DNA of 64,000 bases from an uncultured Muribaculaceae bacterium (lineage in GTDB: Bacteria; Pseudomonadota; Alphaproteobacteria; Rs-D84): positions 6,676 through 70,675 of the forward strand of contig CAZPLT010000002.1 of assembly GCA_964587855.1 (NCBI GenBank), given 5' to 3'. A program made the position numbers and the translations under genes. Shown here piece after piece: positions 1 to 9,315 of the stretch. Under the pieces are notes generated by a model that searched no databases, was not told the DNA's origin, and saw only the letters and a list, made by a program, of their open reading frames with translations. How positions within the stretch are numbered: the first letter of the stretch is position 1; every line of letters begins with the position of its first letter.

Positions 1-1874
1 ATAATGGCTTCCGGTGCTTCAGAGTAGTCTTTTTGTCCTTCCTGACGAGAATAAAAGTTTTTCCCAGAATTGAAAGAACCGCGAATACTTGGAATTGTAA
101 TCGCAAGACGTATGTTGCCGTCATCTGACATTTCAAAGTCAACGTCTATGTCCGCACCCGCATGAATAACCCCATCGTCAAAGTCCGTTCCGGATATCTT
201 CATAACCCCAACCGGACGATTGTCTGTCACCGGATGCGTGATGTCGCCTTCCCATATTTTAAAGTCCAACGATCCAACATCGCCAGCTCTCAGTGTGGTT
301 GCGGCTTTGAATTTTTTACGTCCGCGTTTTGGCAATATGTCGCCAGCATTTACAAGATAATCCATAACTTCCGATCCGCCGATTTTATCCAAAGCGGCAA
401 TGCCTACTGAGTGCGAAGCTGGAATAGAATCGATTGTCGCGGCTGTTCGCATTACTGATATTTTACTTGGATCTAGTGCAACACTTTCGCCGAATTCGTT
501 AAACAAAAATGCCTTGAAACTATTCTCGCCGAGTTTTGACAGCACCAGTTCTATTGTCGCACCATCTTTCAAGGCAACTTTCCCCGATGACCAACCGGAA
601 TCTATGGAATCTATTTGGAATTCAAACTTACCTTTGACTTTGTCCGGCAGGCGAATTATCAGTTTCGTTTTTACGTCTGGTGTTCTAGCGATAAAGTCAA
701 ATTGCACATTTACTGCACCCTGTGATTGTACCGATCCGCGCATATTTTTGCGCGCGCGATCTTGCGTGGACCATTCGATTGATTCCGCGAATATGCTTGC
801 GCCTTCGGCAACGGCAGTCATTGGATTGACATCCGTGTTTGCCGGAATACCCAGGGCCTGTGAAACTTTATCACGCAATGGTTTATAACAAGTCGGTCCG
901 CCGACAAAAACAATCCTGGCGACATCGCTTGTTTTCAATCCGGCTTTATCCAATGTTTCGTTTACTGCTTTGATTGTGTCGTCAATCTGATCGGCAATTA
1001 AATCGTTGTACATTTTTCGTGTAATGGAAATGTCGAGATAGATATCTTCGCCCTTATTGTCTTTCATGCGTGCTTCGGCTTCTGATAAACTGATCGTAGC
1101 ATCTTCTTTTGAAGACAAGGCAATCTTCGCCTGTTCAGCGGCCCATGATGCAAGTTGAACCAGTGGTTTGTATTTTGAATCATTCCAAAATTCGTCCGGC
1201 AAATCAAAGTTATCAGACAGCCATGGATATACAACGTTGTCAACCAGCAGGCGATCAAAGTCGCGGCCACCGCACATAGCAATTCCTCCATGGCTTTGCA
1301 AACTCACATGACCATTGATACTTTCTGCCACTGCTACGTCCAGTGTTCCACCGCCCAGGTCATACACTAGAAATATTCCGTCTTCCGGTCTTGTTCTCAT
1401 AACGCTCATGATCGCGGCGACTGGTTCTTGCATCAATGCCACCTTTCCAATGCCAGCCATATTTGCCGCTTGCAAGGTTGCGTCTTTTTGCATCTGATTA
1501 AATGCCGCAGGTGTGGTAATAACAACACCGATGTCTGGATCTGTTTGCATGTCTTCCGACAGGTAGTTGAACAATGTTTTTAGAATCTCGGCCGAGCATT
1601 CTTCCGGCGACATTGTTTTCCCAAGGTTCGGAATATTTATCGGAGTATTTGTTCCCACGAAACGCTTAAATCTTGAAGCGACATTTTCGGGATCCTTTGG
1701 TGTCTGATCATATGCCCGTTTCCCAATATATTTATTTCCGCGCTTGTCTATGTAAATCGCGGACGGGGTCACATCATAACCATCGGTGCTTTTCCAAATT
1801 TTAACTTGCTCGCCGTCATAAGAGCAAATTGCGCTGTTGGTTGTTCCAAGATCTATTCCTATAAAGTTTTTCAT
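1..1874 (-). CDS. Non-canonical Hsp70-family (actin-like ATPase) protein, 3-prime end truncated by window edge
   Basis: Minus-strand frame from ATG at 1874-1872 is open to position 1 with no stop. The ORF track does not list it because it runs off the edge. Translation starts MKNFIGIDLGTTNSAICSYDG and contains YDLGGGTLDVAV, which are Hsp70 nucleotide-binding motifs. The C-terminal part is not DnaK-like. The ATG overlaps the stop of the upstream ORF (ATGA). Confidence 0.8.
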   Translation of the reverse strand, partial: MKNFIGIDLGTTNSAICSYDGEQVKIWKSTDGYDVTPSAIYIDKRGNKYIGKRAYDQTPKDPENVASRFKRFVGTNTPINIPNLGKTMSPEECSAEILKTLFNYLSEDMQTDPDIGVVITTPAAFNQMQKDATLQAANMAGIGKVALMQEPVAAIMSVMRTRPEDGIFLVYDLGGGTLDVAVAESINGHVSLQSHGGIAMCGGRDFDRLLVDNVVYPWLSDNFDLPDEFWNDSKYKPLVQLASWAAEQAKIALSSKEDATISLSEAEARMKDNKGEDIYLDISITRKMYNDLIADQIDDTIKAVNETLDKAGLKTSDVARIVFVGGPTCYKPLRDKVSQALGIPANTDVNPMTAVAEGASIFAESIEWSTQDRARKNMRGSVQSQGAVNVQFDFIARTPDVKTKLIIRLPDKVKGKFEFQIDSIDSGWSSGKVALKDGATIELVLSKLGENSFKAFLFNEFGESVALDPSKISVMRTAATIDSIPASHSVGIAALDKIGGSEVMDYLVNAGDILPKRGRKKFKAATTLRAGDVGSLDFKIWEGDITHPVTDNRPVGVMKISGTDFDDGVIHAGADIDVDFEMSDDGNIRLAITIPSIRGSFNSGKNFYSRQEGQKDYSEAPEAI

Positions 1875-2308
1875 TTGTCTGCCTTTTTTAGTAAAACCGA
1901 ACCGGTTTTGATGATTTTTCCGTTTTGCATGATTACTGGTTCCAGGACCTGGTCAATAACCAATTCATCGTCCTTGTCAAAATCGCCAATGTTGATCGGT
2001 GTGACTGGCATTCCAACATCAAATGGCATCTTGTCCAGTGATGCTATTGTCATGCCAGTGCTGTATAAATATTCTATTGCTTTCTTGTTGAACCAGGCGA
2101 ATTGGCTATGGTATTTGTTTTGCTCGTCATAGTCCAATCGAGATATAAGTTTATCCAAGAGCTTTGGCAGTCGCCATATCTCTATCGCAAACTCAGCTAG
2201 TGCGGCATCTTTATCCGGCACAGCGATTGTTATCTCGTCTGGCGCAAGACTTGTATCAGGCGGGGCGCTTGTTGTGCTTGAATCCGTATCTTTGATCTCT
2301 TCAGTCAT
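1871..2308 (-). CDS. Hypothetical acidic 145-aa protein, translationally coupled to the Hsp70-like gene
   Basis: ORF from the track. Its stop TGA overlaps the Hsp70-like ATG (ATGA). No family recognised. Confidence 0.55.
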   Translation of the reverse strand: MTEEIKDTDSSTTSAPPDTSLAPDEITIAVPDKDAALAEFAIEIWRLPKLLDKLISRLDYDEQNKYHSQFAWFNKKAIEYLYSTGMTIASLDKMPFDVGMPVTPINIGDFDKDDELVIDQVLEPVIMQNGKIIKTGSVLLKKADK

Positions 2309-2409
2309 ATTGTTCCTTATTAATTATAATTTCAAACAATTATATTATATCATATCGGCGCTTAAAACTTCCATAACAAAACCAGATTTAATAGTTGAAT
2401 GACAATCAT

Positions 2410-2763
2410 TCATTTGTTCTTATTAAACCCAAAAAAATCATAGCCCGATACTTTATGGCCACATATTTCGGCGGCGATGGAGGATAGGGTTTTATACGTG
2501 CGCCCGTTGAACGTAAACGCAGAAGGTGCGGTCACATTAACCAGGAATTCACGCCCCTTGAATTTTTTCAACAGCTGAGTTCCCGGTTTTACGTGATATT
2601 TGTTTTTATTTGACCGTGCCGCGCATTCGGCGGGATTCTTTGCATACGCGTTCAGGCGGGTTATGTGCCGCGGTTCAATTTTTACACCGCACATGGCGCA
2701 TTGTTCAGCGTATTTTGCCACACGTTCGCGAAACCCGCGTACATATTGATTTTTGTCTGTCAT
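2410..2763 (-). CDS. Small Cys-containing (zinc-ribbon-like) protein adjacent to the serine recombinase; recombinase-associated accessory protein
   Basis: 117-aa ORF with CAMCG and ECAA Cys pairs. It is divergent from the recombinase gene. Family assignment is uncertain. Confidence 0.5.
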   Translation of the reverse strand: MTDKNQYVRGFRERVAKYAEQCAMCGVKIEPRHITRLNAYAKNPAECAARSNKNKYHVKPGTQLLKKFKGREFLVNVTAPSAFTFNGRTYKTLSSIAAEICGHKVSGYDFFGFNKNK

Positions 2764-2886
2764 TTTGACTCCTTTGACATCAACACTAACGCTTACAAAG
2801 GGCGCGAAGTCCAGTAAATTAGCGCAATTTTTATAATTAAAATATCTTGTCTTATTAACTTGACTAAGGGCGTACGTTAAGCATTA

Positions 2887-4527
2887 GTGTTGTCAGCCAA
2901 AGGGGTTATTATGAAATGTGCTGTATATGTGCGAAAGTCCAGTGAACGTGGGCTGGATCAAGAATTTAACAGCTTGGATAACCAAGAACAGGCGTGCCGT
3001 GCATACATCATGTCACAAACTTTTCAGGGATGGGAATATGTCAAAACATATTCGGATGCGGCCATATCCGGTGGCACAATGGCACGACCGGGACTACGCG
3101 AAATGCTGACCGATATACGTGATGGCAAAATCCAATGTGTACTGGTGTACAAAATTGATCGATTGAGCCGATCCATCTATGACTTTAAACGAATGATGAA
3201 AGAAGACTTTGAACCGCACGATTGTAATCTCGTCAGTATCACGCAATCATTCGATACATCAACCGCGATGGGCAAATTGACATTGAATATGCTGTTATCA
3301 TTCGCGGAATTTGAACGAGAGGTCGCATCGGAACGCGTTCGCGATAAAATGCGTGCTACCAAGGCCAAGGGTTTGTGGACCGGTGGAATGTTACCCCTTG
3401 GATACGATGTAGAATTTGGCAAACTGATTGTAAATACGGCAGAGGCCGCAACAGTGCGCGAAATATTCCAAACATACCTTGAATCCACATCGCTGTCCGA
3501 TTGTCGCGGGCGCCTTATCGACAAAGGTATACATGGTAAAACTTGGATGACCAAGAAAGGAAATCAGAAAGGCGGCAAGATCCTATGCGTGTCGGGAATT
3601 CAACGAATTTTAACAAATCCAGTTTATATCGGCAAAATGCCAAACCGCACAACCAAAGAGGTATTCGATGGTATTCACAAAGCTATCATGGATGAACGAT
3701 TGTTCAATGCCGTGCAAGAAAAACTGGCCAAAAATAACACGCACGGCGATGCGCCGTACACTCGCGGAACCGCGCTGTTGCATAACAAATTATATACAGC
3801 GGATGGCACGGCGTTCAAAAATAAAAAGGGTAACAAGGGACTCAAAAAATACCGATACTATCGCGCCGATAAAACATCACTGCCCGCAGGCGATATTGAA
3901 TCAATCATGACAGATACAATTAAAAGATTCCTGGATTCTGACATGGAATGTCTGTCGGAATCCGCTAAACTTGCATTCAAACAAACCGAATACAGTGACA
4001 CGATGATTCAACCAATGATTGAAAAGATTGTTTATAACCCTGGTAAGCTGACGATATTTATAAACATTGCTGACCTGTCATACCTGAGCCCATTCAAAAC
4101 CGATTGTATAAATCAGAACGCCGACCCGATGCCGATGTACATAACCGATGACGGTAAATACGCGGTCTTGGAAACGCCCGTTTATATAGCATCGCGAACA
4201 TGCATCAACCACCGATGCGATGGCGGCGAAGTATCCATACTGACCAAATCTGAAAACGCAACATTGTTAATCAAGGCGTTATCATACGGCTGGAAATACA
4301 AACAAGATTACGAAAACGGAACACCGATAACGAATATCGCAGAATCCGAAAAGCGCGACAAACGCACGATCTATAAATACCTGAACCTAGCATACTTATC
4401 CCCACGCATCATAAATAGCATCATGTCATCTGAAATTCCCGCCGACATAAACCTGCAAAACCTGTTCACCATCGCATCAAAATACGACACATTCCCAGAA
4501 CAAGAAAAGGTGTTTTATGGTCGATGA
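2887..4527 (+). mobile_element. Large serine recombinase (integrase) of an integrative element
   Basis: N-terminal resolvase catalytic domain (AVYVRKSSERG..SLDNQ, YKIDRLSRS) followed by a recombinase domain and a long C-terminal extension. It lies about 0.9 kb from the tRNA-Val 3-prime end. The true start may be the internal ATG at 2911. Confidence 0.85.
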
Positions 4528-5300
4528 TTGACCTGATTCAATCTTGTGTTATAATCCAGATTATGGAATTTATAATCGTTGTTATTTTTATACTGTTATC
4601 CGTACTGATTATTCGCAGTAATTCGCGTAATAAAAATCATGAATTTGTTTTTATAAACCGCGGGCGACATCACAGAAATCGCGAGTTGCTGGAAACGGTA
4701 ACGTCCGCAGATCGTGGCACTTGGGCTGAACGTGATTTAGTGCTGGATTTATTAAAAAATGATATCCCCGCCGGGGCAATTTTTCATGATTTATATATCC
4801 GAAAACGCAATGGAACATTCTCGCAAATAGATCTGGTTGTTGCGACCAAGGTTGGAATTATCGTTATTGAAGTAAAAGATTATGGTGGGTGGATTTTTGG
4901 AAATGCTCACAATACGCAATGGACACAAGGAATGCGTCGTGGGCAAAAGTTTCGTTTTTATAATCCGATAATGCAAAACAATAGGCATATTGAAGAACTG
5001 CGTAAACAATCTAAACAGTTCCAAAACTTGCCCATTTATTCTGTAATAGTTTTTCATGGTAGTTGCGAATTAAAAGATATTACTTTTGTACCAAAGGGAA
5101 CATTTGTTACCACTGCGCACAGGTTTTTGGACGTTATAAATACAATAACTAACGACTCTGAGCCCGCAAATTACACCGATAAAATGGAAGTTGTTAGAAT
5201 ACTGAAAGCCGCAGTTGAAAATGGTAATACGCCAGATATACAAGAACGACACGCCCAACAAGTTCAAGATATTCTCGGGAAAGACCGCGTTTTTGCATAG
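4524..5300 (+). CDS. NERD (nuclease-related domain) protein
   Basis: QIDLVVATKVGIIVIEVKDYGGWIFG matches the NERD core. The start overlaps the recombinase stop (ATGA). There is an N-terminal TM segment. Confidence 0.7.
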   Translation: MIDLIQSCVIIQIMEFIIVVIFILLSVLIIRSNSRNKNHEFVFINRGRHHRNRELLETVTSADRGTWAERDLVLDLLKNDIPAGAIFHDLYIRKRNGTFSQIDLVVATKVGIIVIEVKDYGGWIFGNAHNTQWTQGMRRGQKFRFYNPIMQNNRHIEELRKQSKQFQNLPIYSVIVFHGSCELKDITFVPKGTFVTTAHRFLDVINTITNDSEPANYTDKMEVVRILKAAVENGNTPDIQERHAQQVQDILGKDRVFA

Positions 5301-5392
5301 TAGTGACTATGCGAAAATAGCCATTGTATAGAATGTGGGATAGATTGGGTATATATGGCGGATATATCTGCTATACCATAGTCACAGCATTA

Positions 5393-5421
5393 AAAAATCC
5401 CGCGGAACTGCGGGATTTTTG
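5393..5421. terminator. Rho-independent terminator hairpin (bidirectional) between the NERD gene and tRNA-Val
   Basis: aaaaaatcccgcggaactgcgggattttt: a GC stem flanked by A and T runs. Confidence 0.7.
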
Positions 5422-5458
5422 CAAAGAAAAAGGCTGTTTATACAAACAGCCAGAGTCT

Positions 5459-5534
5459 TGGTGGATGATGAGGGACTCGAACCCCCGACCTACTGGATGT
5501 AAACCAGACGCTCTACCAACTGAGCTAATCATCC
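5459..5534 (-). tRNA. tRNA-Val (anticodon UAC)
   Basis: Cloverleaf on the minus strand: acceptor GGATGAT/ATCATCC, D-arm GCTCAGTTGGTAGAGC, anticodon loop TTTACAT, T-loop GGTTCGAGTCC, encoded CCA. Confidence 0.9.
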
Positions 5535-5544
5535 GATTTGAAAA

Positions 5545-5844
5545 TTATTCTGGCAATGGCATGCCGGCCGTTGCTGTAGACATAACTTTATCAATCAAAT
5601 CGTCCGCCTTGGATTTAGCATCGTTAAATGCAGCAGAAATCAAAGCGGTCATTGTTTCCAAATCTTCTTTTAGCAAATCTGGATTCAATGTTAGCTTAAC
5701 TAAATCGTATTTGCCACTCATTTCTACAATGGCCATACCATTACCCGCGATACCTTTGACACTGGTTTTCCCCAATTGTTCTTGGGCATCGGAAACCTTA
5801 CTTTGTAATTGCTTGGCTTGTTCCATTAATGCTTTCATATCCAT
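5545..5844 (-). CDS. ybaB: Nucleoid-associated protein YbaB/EbfC
   Basis: 99-aa ORF with YbaB family similarity (GKYDLVKLTLNPDLL..). Its start overlaps the pnp stop. Confidence 0.85.
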   Translation of the reverse strand: MDMKALMEQAKQLQSKVSDAQEQLGKTSVKGIAGNGMAIVEMSGKYDLVKLTLNPDLLKEDLETMTALISAAFNDAKSKADDLIDKVMSTATAGMPLPE

Positions 5845-8030
5845 TATTTTTTCTCCTCGGCCCCAGTTTTTTGATTGATTCCGACCATAGATAGACGGGT
5901 TTTGCCACGTTTATCCACGCCCAGATATTTTACAAATACTTTGTCGCCTTCTTTTATTTTGGCGTCTTCTATTTTATTCAGACGTTCGCCGGTTATTTCA
6001 GAAATATGAACCAATGATTCAAAATTTCCATTCATAATTTTAACGAACAGACCAAAATCTTTCATTCCAGATACAACGCCTTCATAAATCATACCAACTT
6101 CGGGTTCGGCTGTAATGGTTTTGATTCTGGCCATTGCGTTTTCAGCGTCAGCCTTGTCCGTTGCCATAATTTTAACCGTTCCATCGTCTGTTAAATCAAT
6201 ACTGGTATTGGTTTCTTTGGTCAATGCTTGGATAACACTGCCACCCTTACCAATAACATCGCGGATTTTATCAGGATTTATTTTCATTGTAAAGGTCTGT
6301 GGAGCATATTCAGACAATTGTTTACGTGGAGCTTTAATAGCCTTGGTCATAATTCCCAAGATATGCATACGTCCATCTTTTGCCTGTGCCAATGCTTGTT
6401 TCATAATTTCAAAAGTAATAGATGTGATTTTAATGTCCATCTGCAAAGCAGTAACGCCCTTGTCAGTACCAGTTACTTTGAAATCCATATCACCCAAATG
6501 ATCTTCGTCGCCCATAATATCGGTCAAGACTTCGAATTCTTCACCTTCTTTAATCAGACCCATTGCTATACCTGCAACTGGACGTGTCATTGGGACACCG
6601 CCATCCATCAAAGCCAAAGTTGTTCCACAAACTGTTGCCATAGACGAACTGCCATTGGATTCCAAGATGTCGGATACTGCGCGAATTGTATAATCAAATT
6701 GTTCTTTGGATGGCAGCATAGGATTGATTGCGCGCCATGCCAATTTCCCATGCCCAATTTCACGACGTTTTGGTGCGCCAATACGGCCAATTTCACCAAC
6801 AGAAAATGGCGGAAAATTATAATCCAAGATAAAGCGATCATCAAATGCTCCGTCCAAAGATTCCCCAGGACGTGCATCTTTATCATTACCCAATGTCAAT
6901 GTAACCAAAGCCTGGGTTTCGCCGCGTGTAAATAACGCCGAGCCGTGTGTACGTGGCAGTACGCCAACTTCAACCTCAATTGGGCGAACAGTTTTAGAAT
7001 CACGACCATCAATACGTGGTTTTTTATCCAAAATATTACGACGCATAATACGTGCAGTAATAGATTCTATAATTTCGCCAGCCCATGCTTTCTGTAAATC
7101 AGTTGCATCCGCAATTGATGCACGTGCATCTGTTTTAATAGCGTCCAATGCGGCATATCTTTCCAATTTAGCGGAAATTTTTAATGCTTCGCCAATTTGG
7201 TCAGCAAAGCGTTCCAAATCAGATTCAATTGCCTTGTATTCTGGTGCGCGTTCAGCAACATCCCATGCGGCATTTCCAGCTTTTTCTTTTAATTCGTTAA
7301 TTGCGTCAATGACAGGCTGGAATGCATCAAAACCGAATTTAACAGCACCCAACATTTCGTCTTCGGACAATTCGCCTGCTTCGGATTCAACCATTAAAAC
7401 GCCATCTTTGGTTCCAGCAACAACCAATTCCAATTCAGAATCTACAATTTCTTTCTTAGTTGGATTTAACAAATATTTGCCATTTGCATAACCAACACGT
7501 GCTGCACCAATTGGCCCCATAAAAGGAACCCCAGAGATAGCCAATGCAGCAGATGATGCAATCATTGCCAATATATCTGGTTGGTTTTTCTTGTCATATG
7601 AAAAACAAGTAACAACAATCTGGGTGTCATTAGTAAATGTTTCTGGAAACAATGGACGAATTGGACGATCAATTAAACGTGAAATCAATGTTTCGTTTAA
7701 TGAAGATTTTCCTTCGCGACGATCGCGGCTGCCTGGTATACGACCAGCAGACGCAAATTTTTCTTGGTAATCTACGGTCAATGGAAAGAAGTCTTGGCCT
7801 TCTTTGGTTTCGCGTGAAGATACAACAGTTGCAAGAACCATTGTTTCACCCATTTTGGCCATAATACTGCCGGTTGCTTGTTTAGCAAAACGACCAGTTT
7901 CCAATATTAATTTTTCACCACCAAATTCAATTTCTGAACGGATTGGATTGTTCAAGACATTTTTGGGAGTCTTGTCCCCAAGTAAACCGAATAACATTTT
8001 TTTCCCTTTGTTTAAATTTTTATTCAGCAA
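5844..8030 (-). CDS. pnp: Polynucleotide phosphorylase
   Basis: 728-aa ORF with full PNPase architecture (two RNase PH domains, KH, S1). The N-terminus has [22 protein letters not shown]. The true start may be the internal Met at about 7997. Confidence 0.95.
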   Translation of the reverse strand: MLNKNLNKGKKMLFGLLGDKTPKNVLNNPIRSEIEFGGEKLILETGRFAKQATGSIMAKMGETMVLATVVSSRETKEGQDFFPLTVDYQEKFASAGRIPGSRDRREGKSSLNETLISRLIDRPIRPLFPETFTNDTQIVVTCFSYDKKNQPDILAMIASSAALAISGVPFMGPIGAARVGYANGKYLLNPTKKEIVDSELELVVAGTKDGVLMVESEAGELSEDEMLGAVKFGFDAFQPVIDAINELKEKAGNAAWDVAERAPEYKAIESDLERFADQIGEALKISAKLERYAALDAIKTDARASIADATDLQKAWAGEIIESITARIMRRNILDKKPRIDGRDSKTVRPIEVEVGVLPRTHGSALFTRGETQALVTLTLGNDKDARPGESLDGAFDDRFILDYNFPPFSVGEIGRIGAPKRREIGHGKLAWRAINPMLPSKEQFDYTIRAVSDILESNGSSSMATVCGTTLALMDGGVPMTRPVAGIAMGLIKEGEEFEVLTDIMGDEDHLGDMDFKVTGTDKGVTALQMDIKITSITFEIMKQALAQAKDGRMHILGIMTKAIKAPRKQLSEYAPQTFTMKINPDKIRDVIGKGGSVIQALTKETNTSIDLTDDGTVKIMATDKADAENAMARIKTITAEPEVGMIYEGVVSGMKDFGLFVKIMNGNFESLVHISEITGERLNKIEDAKIKEGDKVFVKYLGVDKRGKTRLSMVGINQKTGAEEKK

Positions 8031-8137
8031 GAGAAAAATTATTCGTTCTTATCAGCTGTATGCAAATAAAAATGAATAATCTTTTTTCTCTTACCGTTTG
8101 ATTATAAATAAAAAACTGCAATTTGCAAATAAAATTA

Positions 8138-8160
8138 AAATCCCCATAAAGGGGATTAAA
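8138..8160 (-). promoter_or_regulatory. Hairpin between rpsO and pnp (rpsO terminator / pnp leader stem)
   Basis: aaatccccataaaggggatt stem-loop immediately downstream of rpsO on the minus strand. The conserved rpsO-pnp arrangement carries an RNase III-processed hairpin here. Confidence 0.6.
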
Positions 8161-8162
8161 AT

Positions 8163-8444
8163 TTATTTACGCAAACCAAGTTTTTTGATTAATGCTTCAT
8201 AATCTGCAGCATTTTTCTTTTTGATATAAGCCAATAATTTTTTACGACGATTAACCATCAATAACAAACCACGTTTCGAGTGTTTGTCTTTATGATTGTT
8301 TTTCATATGTTCTGTCAGGTTTTTAATGCGTTCTGTTAAGATTGCAACCTGGGCAGTTGCGGAACCGCCATTGTCTTTATCGTTGATTTTGTTTTCAGCA
8401 ATAACTTTTGCTTTGATACTTTTAATAAATGTTTTAATCGACAT
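8163..8444 (-). CDS. rpsO: 30S ribosomal protein S15
   Basis: 93-aa ORF; S15 family similarity. Confidence 0.95.
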   Translation of the reverse strand: MSIKTFIKSIKAKVIAENKINDKDNGGSATAQVAILTERIKNLTEHMKNNHKDKHSKRGLLLMVNRRKKLLAYIKKKNAADYEALIKKLGLRK

Positions 8445-9315
8445 TAATAATCCTTTTTGGTTTTAAGACACCGTTTTCAATTATTCCAATTCCAATAAAT
8501 TCATTATCAGAATAAACACGAACAGAACCATTTTCTGTAAAAGCAGATCTAGTTAAAAAGCCGCCGTGCTGAAACAATGCAGAGTCATTGTTATTCAGAT
8601 TTAAAACCGGAATGTCGCCCAGTCCAAAATCCGCCCGCTGCAAATAATCATTTATCGCAGTGCGCCCGCCATTATTAAACAAATTTTCCAGAAAATCAAG
8701 TGATACCGCATTTTTTATATCAAATCCATTTGTTTTAGTGCGACGAATAGCGGTGCAGGTGGCAATTGTACCGCATTTTTTTGCAATATCACGCGCCAGC
8801 GAGCGGACATAAGTACCACTAGAACACCGAACAATAAATGCAGAATCAGTTATATTTTTCAGGCTATAAATATGAACCAGACGAGATTTAATATCTAATT
8901 TCTCGCCAGCCAATGCCAGTTTATATGCCCGCTGTCCACCCACATGCACGGCGCTGAAATTTGGTGGCACTTGGTCATATTCCCCAATAAATTCATTACA
9001 AATCTTTTGCAAGGTTTCTTTTGATGGGATTTTCAAGCTATCGTCTTGTTTAATAATGCGCCCCGTTATGTCCAGGGTATCCGTTTCGGTTCCCCATTGA
9101 ACAGAAAATTCATATTCTTTATGTGCATCTGGAATATAAGGGATAACTTTGGTTGCTTCATCCAGTGCGATTATTAACAGACCAGATGCCATTGGATCCA
9201 ATGTTCCAATATGTCCAAATGTTTTTGCGCCGAACATACGCGCAATGCGTCCCCCTGCCCCGCGACTGGAAATGCCACTTGGTTTATCAAGTAAAATAAA
9301 TCCTGAATTTTTCAT
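8434..9315 (-). CDS. truB: tRNA pseudouridine-55 synthase TruB
   Basis: [14 protein letters not shown] catalytic Asp motif; 293 aa. Confidence 0.9.
   Translation of the reverse strand: MKNSGFILLDKPSGISSRGAGGRIARMFGAKTFGHIGTLDPMASGLLIIALDEATKVIPYIPDAHKEYEFSVQWGTETDTLDITGRIIKQDDSLKIPSKETLQKICNEFIGEYDQVPPNFSAVHVGGQRAYKLALAGEKLDIKSRLVHIYSLKNITDSAFIVRCSSGTYVRSLARDIAKKCGTIATCTAIRRTKTNGFDIKNAVSLDFLENLFNNGGRTAINDYLQRADFGLGDIPVLNLNNNDSALFQHGGFLTRSAFTENGSVRVYSDNEFIGIGIIENGVLKPKRIINVD

Noticed and set aside
162-2132. Plus-strand ORFs 162-410, 400-888, 1315-1497 and 1806-2132, and minus-strand ORF 1064-1291, in the first 2 kb
   Set aside because: They lie entirely inside, or in alternative frames of, the long minus-strand Hsp70-like coding region. 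That region has strong family motifs, so these are shadow ORFs.
6115-6935. Plus-strand ORFs 6115-6501 and 6228-6935 (128 and 235 aa)
   Set aside because: They are antisense to the well-supported pnp gene, with Cys/His-rich low-complexity translations typical of shadow frames.
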